A DNA stretch of 64,000 nt from a virus, in IMG/VR virus record IMGVR_UViG_3300027708_000019; one strand, 5' to 3'. The notes below the pieces were generated by a model, which made no database searches, was not told the DNA's origin, and was given only the letters and a program-made list of their open reading frames with translations. Each line of letters opens with the position of its first letter. Position 1 is the stretch's first letter. The position numbers and the translations under genes are program-made. Of the stretch, positions 37,124-46,400 are shown piece after piece.

Positions 37124-38278
37124 TTAAATGTCAAGCACTTTTTCTGTTTCTTCGGAAACAGGTACTTGCTCTGTTACAACAGCAGTTGGTTCCGAAGAAA
37201 CTTTATCGAACAAGTCCATAAAAGCATCTTTGGTGTGACTGTCAAATCGATTGATAGCCAACTGTACTGCCTTACGCTTGTCCTTATAGATCGCAAAGTT
37301 TTTCACAATGTGAACCAAACGACGAGTCGTAATTGTTTCGTCAACACCACCATCCTCGAAGGTGCGACGAATTGCATCAGCCCATTTAATTAGAACCGAA
37401 GTAAAATCACCATCTAAACAGTCAAGAGACTTCATCAGATTGGTAACGATTTTCGCTTCAACCTTTTGACCAGGATATTCCTGCTCGAAGACAATAGCGA
37501 ACCGCTCGAGGAATGCTTCATTCAAGACGTTGGTGCCGATATAGCGACCATCGTCACTGCCTTTACCTTTGGTGTTAGCAGTTGCGATTACATTAAAACC
37601 CTTCTGTGGGTATACGATTTCGTTCTTGGCTTTGATGTAAAGTGGCTTACCTTCAAGAACACCCTGCAAACACATAAGCAAGTTTGCGCCACCAGCGTCA
37701 ATCTCATCAATCAAGATTGGGATACCCTTACGCATCGCAATCACAACTGGACCATCTTCAATAACCACGTTACCTTCAACCAAAGTCTTAGATGCGATCA
37801 ACTTATCTTCGTCATCAGTTGCGTTCAAGTTAACACGGATAAGAGGTGTCTTTTGTTTTGCACAAATCTGTTCAACCATAGTTGACTTACCATTCCCAGT
37901 CGGACCTGTGATATAGATCGGGTGAAACAATTTAGATTTTACAATCGCTTCAACATCAGTGTGGTTACCCCAAGCAACATAATTGCTATCAACGATTGGA
38001 GCAGCAACTGTGGCTTCAGTAATATATGTAGGTTTGTTCACAGCATTCTCACCGATTTCTTGTTCAACAACTTTACGGACTGTGTTACCACCAGCAATTG
38101 CGTAAAGACCACGACCAACTTTATTGGTCATCAGCCAGTTAGGATACTTAGTAGTACCCAAGGCATTCATCGTGTCAACAATTTGAGCACGACTAACAGT
38201 CCCAGTGTCAACAACATCGGGAAACATTTCAAACAATTTAGACTCAAAAACATTTTGTTCCATCACAAACTCCATCAT
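37124..38278 (-). CDS. MoxR/CobS-like AAA+ ATPase
   Basis: GPTGNGKS, LIDEID, TANTKG.G...GRY.GTNVLNEAFLERF. Confidence 0.85.
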   Translation of the reverse strand: MMEFVMEQNVFESKLFEMFPDVVDTGTVSRAQIVDTMNALGTTKYPNWLMTNKVGRGLYAIAGGNTVRKVVEQEIGENAVNKPTYITEATVAAPIVDSNYVAWGNHTDVEAIVKSKLFHPIYITGPTGNGKSTMVEQICAKQKTPLIRVNLNATDDEDKLIASKTLVEGNVVIEDGPVVIAMRKGIPILIDEIDAGGANLLMCLQGVLEGKPLYIKAKNEIVYPQKGFNVIATANTKGKGSDDGRYIGTNVLNEAFLERFAIVFEQEYPGQKVEAKIVTNLMKSLDCLDGDFTSVLIKWADAIRRTFEDGGVDETITTRRLVHIVKNFAIYKDKRKAVQLAINRFDSHTKDAFMDLFDKVSSEPTAVVTEQVPVSEETEKVLDI

Positions 38279-38288
38279 GTAAAATTAT

Positions 38289-38341
38289 ATTATACCGCAT
38301 TTACGAATTAATGTCAAGCATTAACCCTACAACCTGTAGGG
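38289..38341 (-). promoter_or_regulatory. Sigma70 promoter + CCCTAC-N5-GTAGGG palindrome
   Basis: TTGACA-17-TATAAT; palindrome at 38325-38341. Confidence 0.85.
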
Positions 38342-38343
38342 GT

Positions 38344-38808
38344 TTACCAAGACGACTGGTAGTAAAAATCTGCTTTCTCAAAGGCAGGATCAGCAAGGAT
38401 TTTTCCAATACGTTGAGCAGTATGATCAACATCGCCCATATACCAGTCATCGTATTCAGTTGAGCCAAAGAAGAAACCACTCTTGGTTGGCAACAATTCA
38501 CGAGCAAGTTTCTTATCTTTAAGAATATCTTGACACAGTTTCATCAAGCTGTCCAACTGTTCACGACTAACACGGTATTCGCCACAATCATCTTCACCAT
38601 CCTGAACATTGTCAACGAACCACTGATGGATTGCGTTGGCTTTACGCCAGTAGGCTACTTTGAAGATAACTTCTTGCGCACCATAATCATTTTCTTCATC
38701 GCCATCGACTCCGAACAAATCATTAATGGAAGCAATCTTATCAGAATCAGCTGGATCGAAATACTTACTCATATATTTCCTTGCTGACAAATACATATCC
38801 AAACCCAT
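38344..38808 (-). CDS. Conserved phage hypothetical protein
   Basis: MGLDMYL, YWRKANAIH.WF, GFFFGS.EYD, YQSSW. Confidence 0.7.
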   Translation of the reverse strand: MGLDMYLSARKYMSKYFDPADSDKIASINDLFGVDGDEENDYGAQEVIFKVAYWRKANAIHQWFVDNVQDGEDDCGEYRVSREQLDSLMKLCQDILKDKKLARELLPTKSGFFFGSTEYDDWYMGDVDHTAQRIGKILADPAFEKADFYYQSSW

Positions 38809-38840
38809 AATCTAACTCCTTTTATCAATTCAATAGAGTA

Positions 38841-38933
38841 ATTATACTCTAAACCCGAATAAATGTCAAGCACTTTATTGGGATAACCCTACGTCTTGTA
38901 GGGTTATTTTTCCCATTTAAAATCAATGACTTA
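38841..38933 (-). promoter_or_regulatory. Sigma70 promoter + ATAACCCTAC-N5-GTAGGGTTAT palindrome + IHF-like site
   Basis: -10 at 38841, -35 at 38864, perfect 10-bp IR at 38883-38907, AATCAATGACTTA at 38921-38933. Confidence 0.85.
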
Positions 38934-41204
38934 CGCAACCGCAGCCACAAACCGATTCAGAAGGATTCGGCTGGTCTTCTTTGCCCCCAAATATTTGCCG
39001 AATTTCTTAGCAATTTGGTTCGAAGTCAGATTAGCCATACCCTCATCGAGTTCGGTTTCATCAACTTTGATTGAGTTCGGCAACAAGAACATTTCTGTAT
39101 GACCAGTCATGGTGATTGGGAAGAACATCTCATCGTTGAAACCCTTACGGATTTTGATAGCCAAGTCATTTTCTTGGTAGCTGTTGGTAGCAATACCATA
39201 GCGACCAATTGTGTACATAAGTTCACGACGACCTTTACCAACAACATGATAACCAACAACGCTGGCATCATAACGATCTTGAATCATTTTACAGATAATG
39301 TTGGTACAACTATGAGCAGCGTAGGTATACGTTTTCTTTGAAACTTTGTCAGTCAACAGAGTAACAATCTTTGTACGTTTACGTTCACCATCTTCATAAG
39401 AATAGTCCATTGTGTTGATCCACTCTGAACCTTTGGATACATCATCAGTAAAGTAAGAAGTAGCACCAGTGGCATCACCATCGGTCAACTTGATGACAGT
39501 CAATTTCTCAACTTGGTTAACAGTTTTGAATTCACCGACATAGTTATACAACCACATCATACCTTCGTTGAGCGGAGTGCCATTGAGTTCGTACTTACCA
39601 CTGAATTTTACATTCTGGTCAATATACTCAGACTCATGACAATAAGGTGAGCGGAAACGACCAGTCGTACTCATTATGTATAGATTTTTACAAGCAGTAT
39701 TGAATTCACTGTTTGTCATCTTATGGCTGAAGAATTCAATCATCTGAAAATCATGAGTGAAAGTCAGAGTATTTGGCTGAGACATCACTGTATGATCATG
39801 CGCACGTTCTTCAGCAGTTTTCTCACAGTTATCGCTGAAGGCAAATACTTCAAATGGAATCTTTAGACGATAGCAGAATGTAACCAAAGAGATCAACTGT
39901 TTTACAGTTTCCTCAAGGTAATCTCCCATCGAACCAGACCAGTCGATAGTAAACACCATACCATGTTTCTTACCATCCTTAGTGATTTGAATTTGTTTGA
40001 ACAAGTCCTCACGGATTTTGTAAGAAGCAAGTTTACGAACATCAAGAACACCAGTCTTAGCAACGCTGGTACGTTTGTAGTCAGACGCAGCTTTCTTCAT
40101 CTCAAATTCTTTGATGAGATAGTTTACGATACGACTAGTATCAACACGGAATTGATCATAGTTCTTTTCTGAAGTTGTAAACATCTCATAGAATCGTGCC
40201 TGTGGATTCTTAAACTGTTTCAACATCATAGTTGTCTCAGCAAGATAAGTTTTGTAAGGAATACGGATGTGTTTCGTTTTGCTTGTATCAGGCAACGACA
40301 CTTGAATGTACTTGGTTGAAGTATCGGCAGACTCAGCCAGTTTCTCAGCGAATGCGTTTTGAGTAATACTCTCAGTAGCATCATCAGGCAACGATGGCTC
40401 GTCGGATTGTTTCACCTCATCAGGTGCTTGGTTACCCTTTACCTTAACTTCTTCCTGTTCTTCATCAGGTGTTTCGTCAGTTTCCTCAGGATCACTGTAG
40501 TCAACATCGGATGCCCAGTCGTCATCGTCAAAAGATTCATCTTGCTGTAGTTCAAGTTGTTCTTCCAACAAATCTTTAGCAGCATCTTCTGCTTCCTCTT
40601 GTTTCATTTTCTTGTACTCAGAATCATTTTCACGTTCTTTGTGCTTACGCTCATTTTCACGTTTGATGAATTCATAGATTGCGTTACCAAGAGAAACCAC
40701 ATTGTCGATGGACTCAAGTTTCTCAGCACGTTCGACAAGATATTTCTCAGCGACAGAGAATCGCACACCAGATTTGAAACCAACTTTGAACCAAAGATTG
40801 ATACGATCAATCAAACTCAATTGAGTTACATCGCGACGACTCACATTAAAGAAATCCAATTCATTCAACTCAGCGTAACCCAAGTTGAAAGTTTTACGCA
40901 GTCCTGGATACTTACGCTTCATCAATTTCTCGATGCGAGCATCTTCTAAAATGTTAAGAATAGCAAAGGGAACAGAGGATTTTTGTGCTTTCTCAGCAAA
41001 CAGTTTTTCATCGGTATAGATAGCATGACCAACTTCGTGGGCTTTCAGCATTTCCTCAATTTGAGGTGTCATGTTTTGCCACATTGGCAATGTTAAAATT
41101 CGATTCCTAACATCAAACGAAGCAGTCTTAACAGGTGCTCGGTTGATGAGTAAGTTTTCCTGAGCCAACAGGCGAGTGGATAAGTCGTTCGTAATTTCAG
41201 TCAT
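38931..41204 (-). CDS. CobT-like protein: HExxH peptidase-like domain + acidic linker + vWA domain
   Basis: AHEVGHA, NILEDARIE, IDWSGSM (MIDAS), GTPLNE, LTDGD. Confidence 0.8.
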   Translation of the reverse strand: MTEITNDLSTRLLAQENLLINRAPVKTASFDVRNRILTLPMWQNMTPQIEEMLKAHEVGHAIYTDEKLFAEKAQKSSVPFAILNILEDARIEKLMKRKYPGLRKTFNLGYAELNELDFFNVSRRDVTQLSLIDRINLWFKVGFKSGVRFSVAEKYLVERAEKLESIDNVVSLGNAIYEFIKRENERKHKERENDSEYKKMKQEEAEDAAKDLLEEQLELQQDESFDDDDWASDVDYSDPEETDETPDEEQEEVKVKGNQAPDEVKQSDEPSLPDDATESITQNAFAEKLAESADTSTKYIQVSLPDTSKTKHIRIPYKTYLAETTMMLKQFKNPQARFYEMFTTSEKNYDQFRVDTSRIVNYLIKEFEMKKAASDYKRTSVAKTGVLDVRKLASYKIREDLFKQIQITKDGKKHGMVFTIDWSGSMGDYLEETVKQLISLVTFCYRLKIPFEVFAFSDNCEKTAEERAHDHTVMSQPNTLTFTHDFQMIEFFSHKMTNSEFNTACKNLYIMSTTGRFRSPYCHESEYIDQNVKFSGKYELNGTPLNEGMMWLYNYVGEFKTVNQVEKLTVIKLTDGDATGATSYFTDDVSKGSEWINTMDYSYEDGERKRTKIVTLLTDKVSKKTYTYAAHSCTNIICKMIQDRYDASVVGYHVVGKGRRELMYTIGRYGIATNSYQENDLAIKIRKGFNDEMFFPITMTGHTEMFLLPNSIKVDETELDEGMANLTSNQIAKKFGKYLGAKKTSRILLNRFVAAVA

Positions 41205-41227
41205 CGTTTTCTCCAATTTATAGAGTA

Positions 41228-41314
41228 ATTATACACTATTTCGGAATAAATGTCAATACCCCTGCAAAGTCTTATCTGCAGGGGTTTGAATAACCCTACT
41301 GTTCGGAGGGTTAT
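41228..41314 (-). promoter_or_regulatory. Sigma70 promoter + hairpin + palindrome
   Basis: TTGACA-17-TATAAT; CCCCTGCA/TGCAGGGG IR; ATAACCCTAC-N5-GGAGGGTTAT. Confidence 0.8.
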
Positions 41315-42444
41315 AGTGCACGCCAGTCGTAGAAGGTTTCGACTTTCTTGGTCAGCACAGCCTCAGCCTGTGAGTTGCGGAAGATGTAGCGACCTTCCTG
41401 TGGGAATACTTGATATAAGTCATTTGGTTTAAATGTCAAGTCAATCCAGCGATCTCCATCCTCATCGTCATCAATAGCAGCAGTAAGAGCAGGAGCCAGA
41501 GTAGATTTGATTTTACCTTTGGTTCCCTTTACTACAGGTTTTGTTTTCTTAGACTTGAAGAAGAAAGAGAAACACACATCATCATTGAGAGGATTACCTT
41601 TCCACTCATCGCGACGTAGTTCAGTAATTTTCTCACCCTCAAATGTAACTTCAACAGAATACTTTGAACCTGAGTCAAACTCTGGCTTGGCATTCAGAAT
41701 ACGCAGGGCATCGGCTGGTGATTCATCATAGCGATTCATCTCCTCAACCAGTGCCTTCAACATGTCAAAATTAAACTGATCGAACATAGATGCGATCGTG
41801 CAGATTTTCTCAATGTATTGTTTAGCATTAAGATTATCTTGGCAGTACTCAATGATGAAGGCATGGTCTAAACCTTTGTAGTCGATCATGTAGTACAGGC
41901 GACCAGGACGATTGCGCATATGAGAGTTGATGCGCCACTTGTCATTACAAGTTAGAACAAACAGTTTCTTGGTAGGAAACACACCATCCATCAAAGTCAG
42001 AACAGCTTCCTGAGTTTCTTCACCATAAACTTTCTCAAACTCATCAAACATAATGATGGCTGGCTGGTTGATGTCTTGAATCAACTTGTTAAATTTATCA
42101 CCATGCCAATCGGTGTTGATGATAATAGTAGGAATACCTTTGTTACCAGCTTCGATAGACAGAGTCTTAGCAAGCAAAGTTTTACCTGAACCTTTCTCAC
42201 CATTCAGAAGCACACCTGTTGACATCTCACGTGAGTCAAATGTGTTGAGAATGCGATCTGCGTTCTTCAGCGCATCACCATAAACTTTCTTGATTGGTTT
42301 AAATTGTTCGACTTCCTCAAGGAAGAAGTTCTCGAACGGATCGATCTTTACGATGTAGTTTCCAGCAGGAAGAAACTCATGGACTTCGATGGCTTTGTCA
42401 TCGGCAACACGGAACGTATTACCATTACGAAAAAAATGTGACAT
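41311..42444 (-). CDS. AAA+ ATPase
   Basis: GEKGSGKT, FDEFEK, NRPGR; promoter at 42480-42508. Confidence 0.85.
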   Translation of the reverse strand: MSHFFRNGNTFRVADDKAIEVHEFLPAGNYIVKIDPFENFFLEEVEQFKPIKKVYGDALKNADRILNTFDSREMSTGVLLNGEKGSGKTLLAKTLSIEAGNKGIPTIIINTDWHGDKFNKLIQDINQPAIIMFDEFEKVYGEETQEAVLTLMDGVFPTKKLFVLTCNDKWRINSHMRNRPGRLYYMIDYKGLDHAFIIEYCQDNLNAKQYIEKICTIASMFDQFNFDMLKALVEEMNRYDESPADALRILNAKPEFDSGSKYSVEVTFEGEKITELRRDEWKGNPLNDDVCFSFFFKSKKTKPVVKGTKGKIKSTLAPALTAAIDDDEDGDRWIDLTFKPNDLYQVFPQEGRYIFRNSQAEAVLTKKVETFYDWRAL

Positions 42445-42532
42445 TGTAACTCCTTGATGAATGTCAGCTTCAAAATTATATTATACCTGCTAAGTCCTTA
42501 TTTGTCAAGGACTATTTCCGAATAAATATTCG

Positions 42533-42616
42533 GACAGTGGGTCAATAACGCATAGCAGGATGCCGTGGGTAAGGTTTTCGTTATTTCCCCCACAACTGGC
42601 CAAATGCTACACTGTC
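42533..42616 (-). ncRNA. Candidate structured RNA with pseudoknot
   Basis: Nested stems GACAGUG/CACUGUC, UAGCA/UGCUA, GUGGG/CCCAC; loop AAUAACG pairs CGUUAUU. Confidence 0.5.
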
Positions 42617-42836
42617 ACTCTCCACCAAAGTATTCGATGAGTTTGTTCATAGAACGGATCAGGACAAAGTTGTTCGCTAGATCGTCAGGATGTAGCCAGT
42701 AGCCATCAGGATTGTCCTCGCTCTTAGGATTAGCCAACCACTGGTCGTTCTCCGACTTAAGATAGTTGCGATAATCAATCAGAGTTGCCTTAGTAATACC
42801 ATCAGCAACTTCACTTGGGATTTTAATTTCTCTCAT
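42615..42836 (-). CDS. Hypothetical protein
   Basis: Coupled ORF, YWLHPDD motif. Confidence 0.55.
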   Translation of the reverse strand: MREIKIPSEVADGITKATLIDYRNYLKSENDQWLANPKSEDNPDGYWLHPDDLANNFVLIRSMNKLIEYFGGE

Positions 42837-43174
42837 CGACTCACTCTCAATTCTGCATCTGGATTATCCCAGCATGCGTTACGATACTTATACACAAAGT
42901 CACAGAGTCCTTCATATGAACCCCATCCATTCTCTGGATTGAATTTCTTATACTTTTCTGGATCTGATAGTAGATCATTCCAACCTTCATCAAGAAATTC
43001 TGAGATATCTTTAGCGTATTTCCAACCACACTCATCTGGACGCCATAGTACATGATACAAAGTTGCTCCATTTGATAATTCTACTTTAGCAGCCATTATA
43101 TTCAGATTGTGCGTGATATTACCTTCATACACAGAGACTGGTTGCGTCACCATTAAATCAACATCTAAACTCAT
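42833..43174 (-). CDS. Conserved phage hypothetical protein
   Basis: NITHNL..MA, NPENGWGSY. Confidence 0.6.
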   Translation of the reverse strand: MSLDVDLMVTQPVSVYEGNITHNLNIMAAKVELSNGATLYHVLWRPDECGWKYAKDISEFLDEGWNDLLSDPEKYKKFNPENGWGSYEGLCDFVYKYRNACWDNPDAELRVSR

Positions 43175-43308
43175 CAAGTCACTCCATTTATAAAATCAAC
43201 AACAGCTTGAATCAAGTAAGGATCCAAGTGTAACTTATGGGCAATATCATTTACCCCAAAACGCTCCATCATTTCTCTAACTTCTAAGACCAAACTTCTG
43301 TTGAACAT
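43174..43308 (-). CDS. Small HTH-like protein (44 aa)
   Basis: Hand-translated MFNRSLVLEVREMMERFGVNDIAHKLHLD...; SD AAGGAG. Confidence 0.5.
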   Translation of the reverse strand: MFNRSLVLEVREMMERFGVNDIAHKLHLDPYLIQAVVDFINGVT

Positions 43309-43340
43309 ACGATTCTCCTTTTAGTGGCTCGTATATATAC

Positions 43341-43367
43341 AACGCTCGAACAGAGAGTTTGGTTGAC
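43341..43367 (-). promoter_or_regulatory. ECF-sigma-like promoter GTCAAC-N17-CGTT
   Basis: Second copy of the motif at 32574-32600. Confidence 0.45.
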
Positions 43368-43369
43368 GA

Positions 43370-43780
43370 TTAGTTAATCCAACCTGCAATAGTAACATGA
43401 GATTTTTTTATATTGTGTGCTGTCAACAGCCATTCCGACAGTCTCCTAAGAGATAATCCTTGTTTACGCATACTTCTCACATCCTCTATAATTTCCAATT
43501 CTTTTGTATTCTTTATCAGTTTATTATTCTTAAGTCTATAACCAAAGGGAACATGTCCTCCTAGGAATATTCCGTTTTCTTTTTGTTTCGTTTTGGCTGC
43601 TCGGATTAGTTCAGCTGAATGAACACGATTGCTAGAAAGGTTGTGTATCTTTACATGATGTTTTGAACATAAAGTCAATATATTTTCTTCTTCATCAGAA
43701 CCACCAAGGGATTTTGGCACTACATGATGATGCTCCAATTTATCAGTTACCCCACACAGAACACAGAAATTAAGTTTCAT
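43370..43780 (-). CDS. HNH endonuclease with recombinase-type DNA-binding C-terminus
   Basis: CVLCG...EHHHVVP..LGG....N...LC..HH; GGHVPFGY...SLRRLSEWL. Confidence 0.7.
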   Translation of the reverse strand: MKLNFCVLCGVTDKLEHHHVVPKSLGGSDEEENILTLCSKHHVKIHNLSSNRVHSAELIRAAKTKQKENGIFLGGHVPFGYRLKNNKLIKNTKELEIIEDVRSMRKQGLSLRRLSEWLLTAHNIKKSHVTIAGWIN

Positions 43781-43781
43781 T

Positions 43782-44225
43782 TCAGAACAACCTCTCAACA
43801 ATAATAGCACTACCCATGTCATCACCAAGAGTAAGGTTATCATAATGGGTACGCACAAGACCCTTACGATCCAAGCCAACAATAGCAATAATGTTCACCA
43901 TCATACCAAGCTGGGTTCGGATTTTTTCTAGATCGCTCAAGTCATCCGTACCCTCAGCAGAAGCCAACATACAAGTCAGAAGCATAATCTGCTCCATACT
44001 TTCTTCAACACCAGCAGACACCAAGTCAGCCAACTCAAGCAGTTCATTCATGCTGGTTTCAGGTAGCGCACGGAACCAGTCTCCAATTCTCACATACGGA
44101 TTTTTTTGTAAATCCATAGCAAGCAATCTAATAGTAGGCGACACATGGGAAGCCATAGCAATCTCAGAAAGGTTAAGAGAATAACCCTCCTCGCTAAACT
44201 CGATACGAAAATCATCCTCATCCAT
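43782..44225 (-). CDS. Hypothetical protein
   Basis: Start trimmed to MDEDDF with SD AAGGAG. Confidence 0.55.
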   Translation of the reverse strand: MDEDDFRIEFSEEGYSLNLSEIAMASHVSPTIRLLAMDLQKNPYVRIGDWFRALPETSMNELLELADLVSAGVEESMEQIMLLTCMLASAEGTDDLSDLEKIRTQLGMMVNIIAIVGLDRKGLVRTHYDNLTLGDDMGSAIIVERLF

Positions 44226-44275
44226 CACCATTCTCCTTATATCATCATTCTGTCGTTTACGCCAAAGACTAGCCA

Positions 44276-44428
44276 TTATACCCTCACTGGTCCAAGATGC
44301 CAAGAGGTAGGTGAGTATAGAGATTCTATTAGTCGCCTTGCCTGAAACACATCATTTGCTTGCACAATCACTTCTATCATCGATCCCCCAACCTTTGGTG
44401 TAATCGTTGCTTTCCATGAACTACTCAT
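44276..44428 (-). CDS. Small hypothetical protein
   Basis: MSSSWKATITP...ARRLIESLY. Confidence 0.5.
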   Translation of the reverse strand: MSSSWKATITPKVGGSMIEVIVQANDVFQARRLIESLYSPTSWHLGPVRV

Positions 44429-44588
44429 AATTATCCTCATCATATAAGCCACGCATCTCCATCTGCTCTTCAATCATGGTGAGATAATGTTCATCATCCA
44501 CACTGAGAGAGGTAAGTGTTGAGTAAAAGTTGTATGCCTCAAACACTTCACTGTCTGTCATGTTAATGGGATTAAGTCTTATTGTCAT
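44421..44588 (-). CDS. Small hypothetical protein (55 aa)
   Basis: Hand-translated MTIRLNPINMTDSEV...; fills the gap between neighbours. Confidence 0.45.
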   Translation of the reverse strand: MTIRLNPINMTDSEVFEAYNFYSTLTSLSVDDEHYLTMIEEQMEMRGLYDEDNYE

Positions 44589-44592
44589 AGTG

Positions 44593-44811
44593 TTACCTTA
44601 TTAAATCAATATACTCGCCAAAGTGTGTGTCAAATACAGCCAGTAAGTGTTCATAATCCCCTGCCTGCATTTCTTCAGTGATCGCTTTCCAGTCTAAGCC
44701 ATTGTCCTTAGCAATCTGCTTAGCATAACCAAGAAGTGCGAATGCGTTGCCATCTGGACCCCTAAGATTAATGTAAGGTTTACGTCCCTTCAAGTCTTCG
44801 ATAATAGCCAT
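44593..44811 (-). CDS. Conserved phage hypothetical protein
   Basis: INLRGPDGNAFALLG...GDYEHLL; promoter at 44845-44873. Confidence 0.65.
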   Translation of the reverse strand: MAIIEDLKGRKPYINLRGPDGNAFALLGYAKQIAKDNGLDWKAITEEMQAGDYEHLLAVFDTHFGEYIDLIR

Positions 44812-45119
44812 TCATATTCTCCATTTAGAATTGTATACACTGATATTATACCTGAATGCGGTATTAATGTCAAGGGTGTAGTGTATACAGTTACCCCCCC
44901 ACGATTCAAACCATCTGCCAAGTTTCGGACTTTTAACCCCCCCCCCCTTTGGAGATGGATACTAAAGGTGTAAGAAAATTGGGTGGGGGCAAGCCGATAG
45001 GGACCCGAGCCAAATTTTAGGGGACCCGAATTTAACTTCCCTTTTTGAACCCCTACCCCCCTTATGCTCTCAGCGAAAGGTTAGGGTGTTTCCGCAAAGA
45101 AACTATTACAACTTTCTAC

Positions 45120-45320
45120 TCAGCAATCTGGATCAAAATCGTGCCACTCCTGTGCTTCATCAACAGTATCATAGCGAGCAAATGTTTCCTCAAGAAAATC
45201 TACTGCATCATATACTACATCAACAGGCACACTCAGCATAGCAGCAATCTCTGGTACTGTCATATCAGTAGTGCTTAGCAACTCTTCAACATCAACCAAG
45301 ATATCTTTGAATACACTCAT
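45120..45320 (-). CDS. HTH-like hypothetical protein
   Basis: TVPEIAAMLSVPV; EAQEWHDFDPDC tail; promoter at 45365-45393. Confidence 0.55.
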   Translation of the reverse strand: MSVFKDILVDVEELLSTTDMTVPEIAAMLSVPVDVVYDAVDFLEETFARYDTVDEAQEWHDFDPDC

Positions 45321-45475
45321 AATTTATTACTCCTCTTTTATCTTTTATCAAACCCAACACTGTTATTATACAGCATTCATAATTATTTGTCAAATCAATT
45401 TCCGAACAACACTCACATGCTGTTCGCTTCACAATGAGGCACTAGTATATATACCCCCCCATCAGCATTAAGGGT

Positions 45476-45775
45476 TCATCCCTTTCCCATGGAGAAAGTC
45501 ATTAACAGCTGTTGCGCATCAGAAAGGTCTTCCTCAGCAATACTATCAATGTCATTCAGCAACAGCAGCTGCTCTAGCAATTCAACTTCACGTTGGTCAC
45601 TAGTAGATATACCCCTCTTCCAGGAAAGGTACTCATCATACTCATCAATAGACCACATCTTGTCGAGCAATTTTATTTGCTTTTTATTTACGCCTGTTAT
45701 TGTTACCGAATCTTTGCTCATCTTTGTCTGGCTCCACAAATTAAAAATCAAACCTACTGCCACATTGGCGAACAT
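45476..45775 (-). CDS. Hypothetical protein
   Basis: Q..LLDKMWSID motif; start probably at MSKDSV. Confidence 0.5.
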   Translation of the reverse strand: MFANVAVGLIFNLWSQTKMSKDSVTITGVNKKQIKLLDKMWSIDEYDEYLSWKRGISTSDQREVELLEQLLLLNDIDSIAEEDLSDAQQLLMTFSMGKG

Positions 45776-45920
45776 AAACCACTGTTTTCAGCCAGTGCGA
45801 TCACTACTTCCAATGCCTACGCTAATGCCAATACCGCCAGCACAAAACCCAATATGGGATACCCAGCGAACACTAAAGCAAGGGCAATGATTACGCCCAC
45901 GACCACGGCATCCCTCTCAG

Positions 45921-46205
45921 TCATAAACTACTGCCAATAACGCTACGCTGAACAATATCATAAGTCACCACATCACTCACCTCGTCAACAAGGTCTTTAT
46001 CTGCCACTTCACTCTCGTCAATGTCAAAATATTCACGAATGATGGTAAACTTTTCCTGCTCAGCCAGTTCATAGGTTTCATATACACCGATAACAGCATA
46101 TCCGACATCATAATGGCTCTCAGTCAACACATAAACTTGATTGTTACTCATAGTCTTTTTTATCTCCGTATTCTTCATTGTAATCGTAACCAGCGTTATA
46201 GGCAT
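45921..46205 (-). CDS. Hypothetical protein
   Basis: VYVLTE...IGVYETYELA; start probably at MSNNQ. Confidence 0.5.
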   Translation of the reverse strand: MPITLVTITMKNTEIKKTMSNNQVYVLTESHYDVGYAVIGVYETYELAEQEKFTIIREYFDIDESEVADKDLVDEVSDVVTYDIVQRSVIGSSL

Positions 46206-46350
46206 GAACCTCTGCTTCTGTCAGTTCAGTTACCTTTGGGCTGGTTGCTGTTCCCTGCTCATAGTAATGCGGATCACGTGGGCGACGATAATAACTGTCA
46301 GCCGAACCACGATCAAACGCACCTCCATGTCTCTTGTCAAAATTTGTCAT
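46144..46350 (-). CDS. Conserved phage hypothetical protein
   Basis: RHGGAFDRGSADSYY.R...Y.AGY...GDKKDY. Confidence 0.65.
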   Translation of the reverse strand: MTNFDKRHGGAFDRGSADSYYRRPRDPHYYEQGTATSPKVTELTEAEVHAYNAGYDYNEEYGDKKDYE

Positions 46351-46364
46351 ATTATTTCCTTATT

Positions 46365-46400
46365 AAAAAAACAGCCGATACCACAGATTGGTTTGGCTGC
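46365..46400 (-). terminator. Rho-independent terminator
   Basis: CAGCC...GGCUG stem followed by U-tract. Confidence 0.55.

Noticed and set aside
37124-38278. Cobalamin biosynthesis auxiliary gene (cobS)
   Set aside because: Generic MoxR-type AAA with a vWA partner; no other cob genes present
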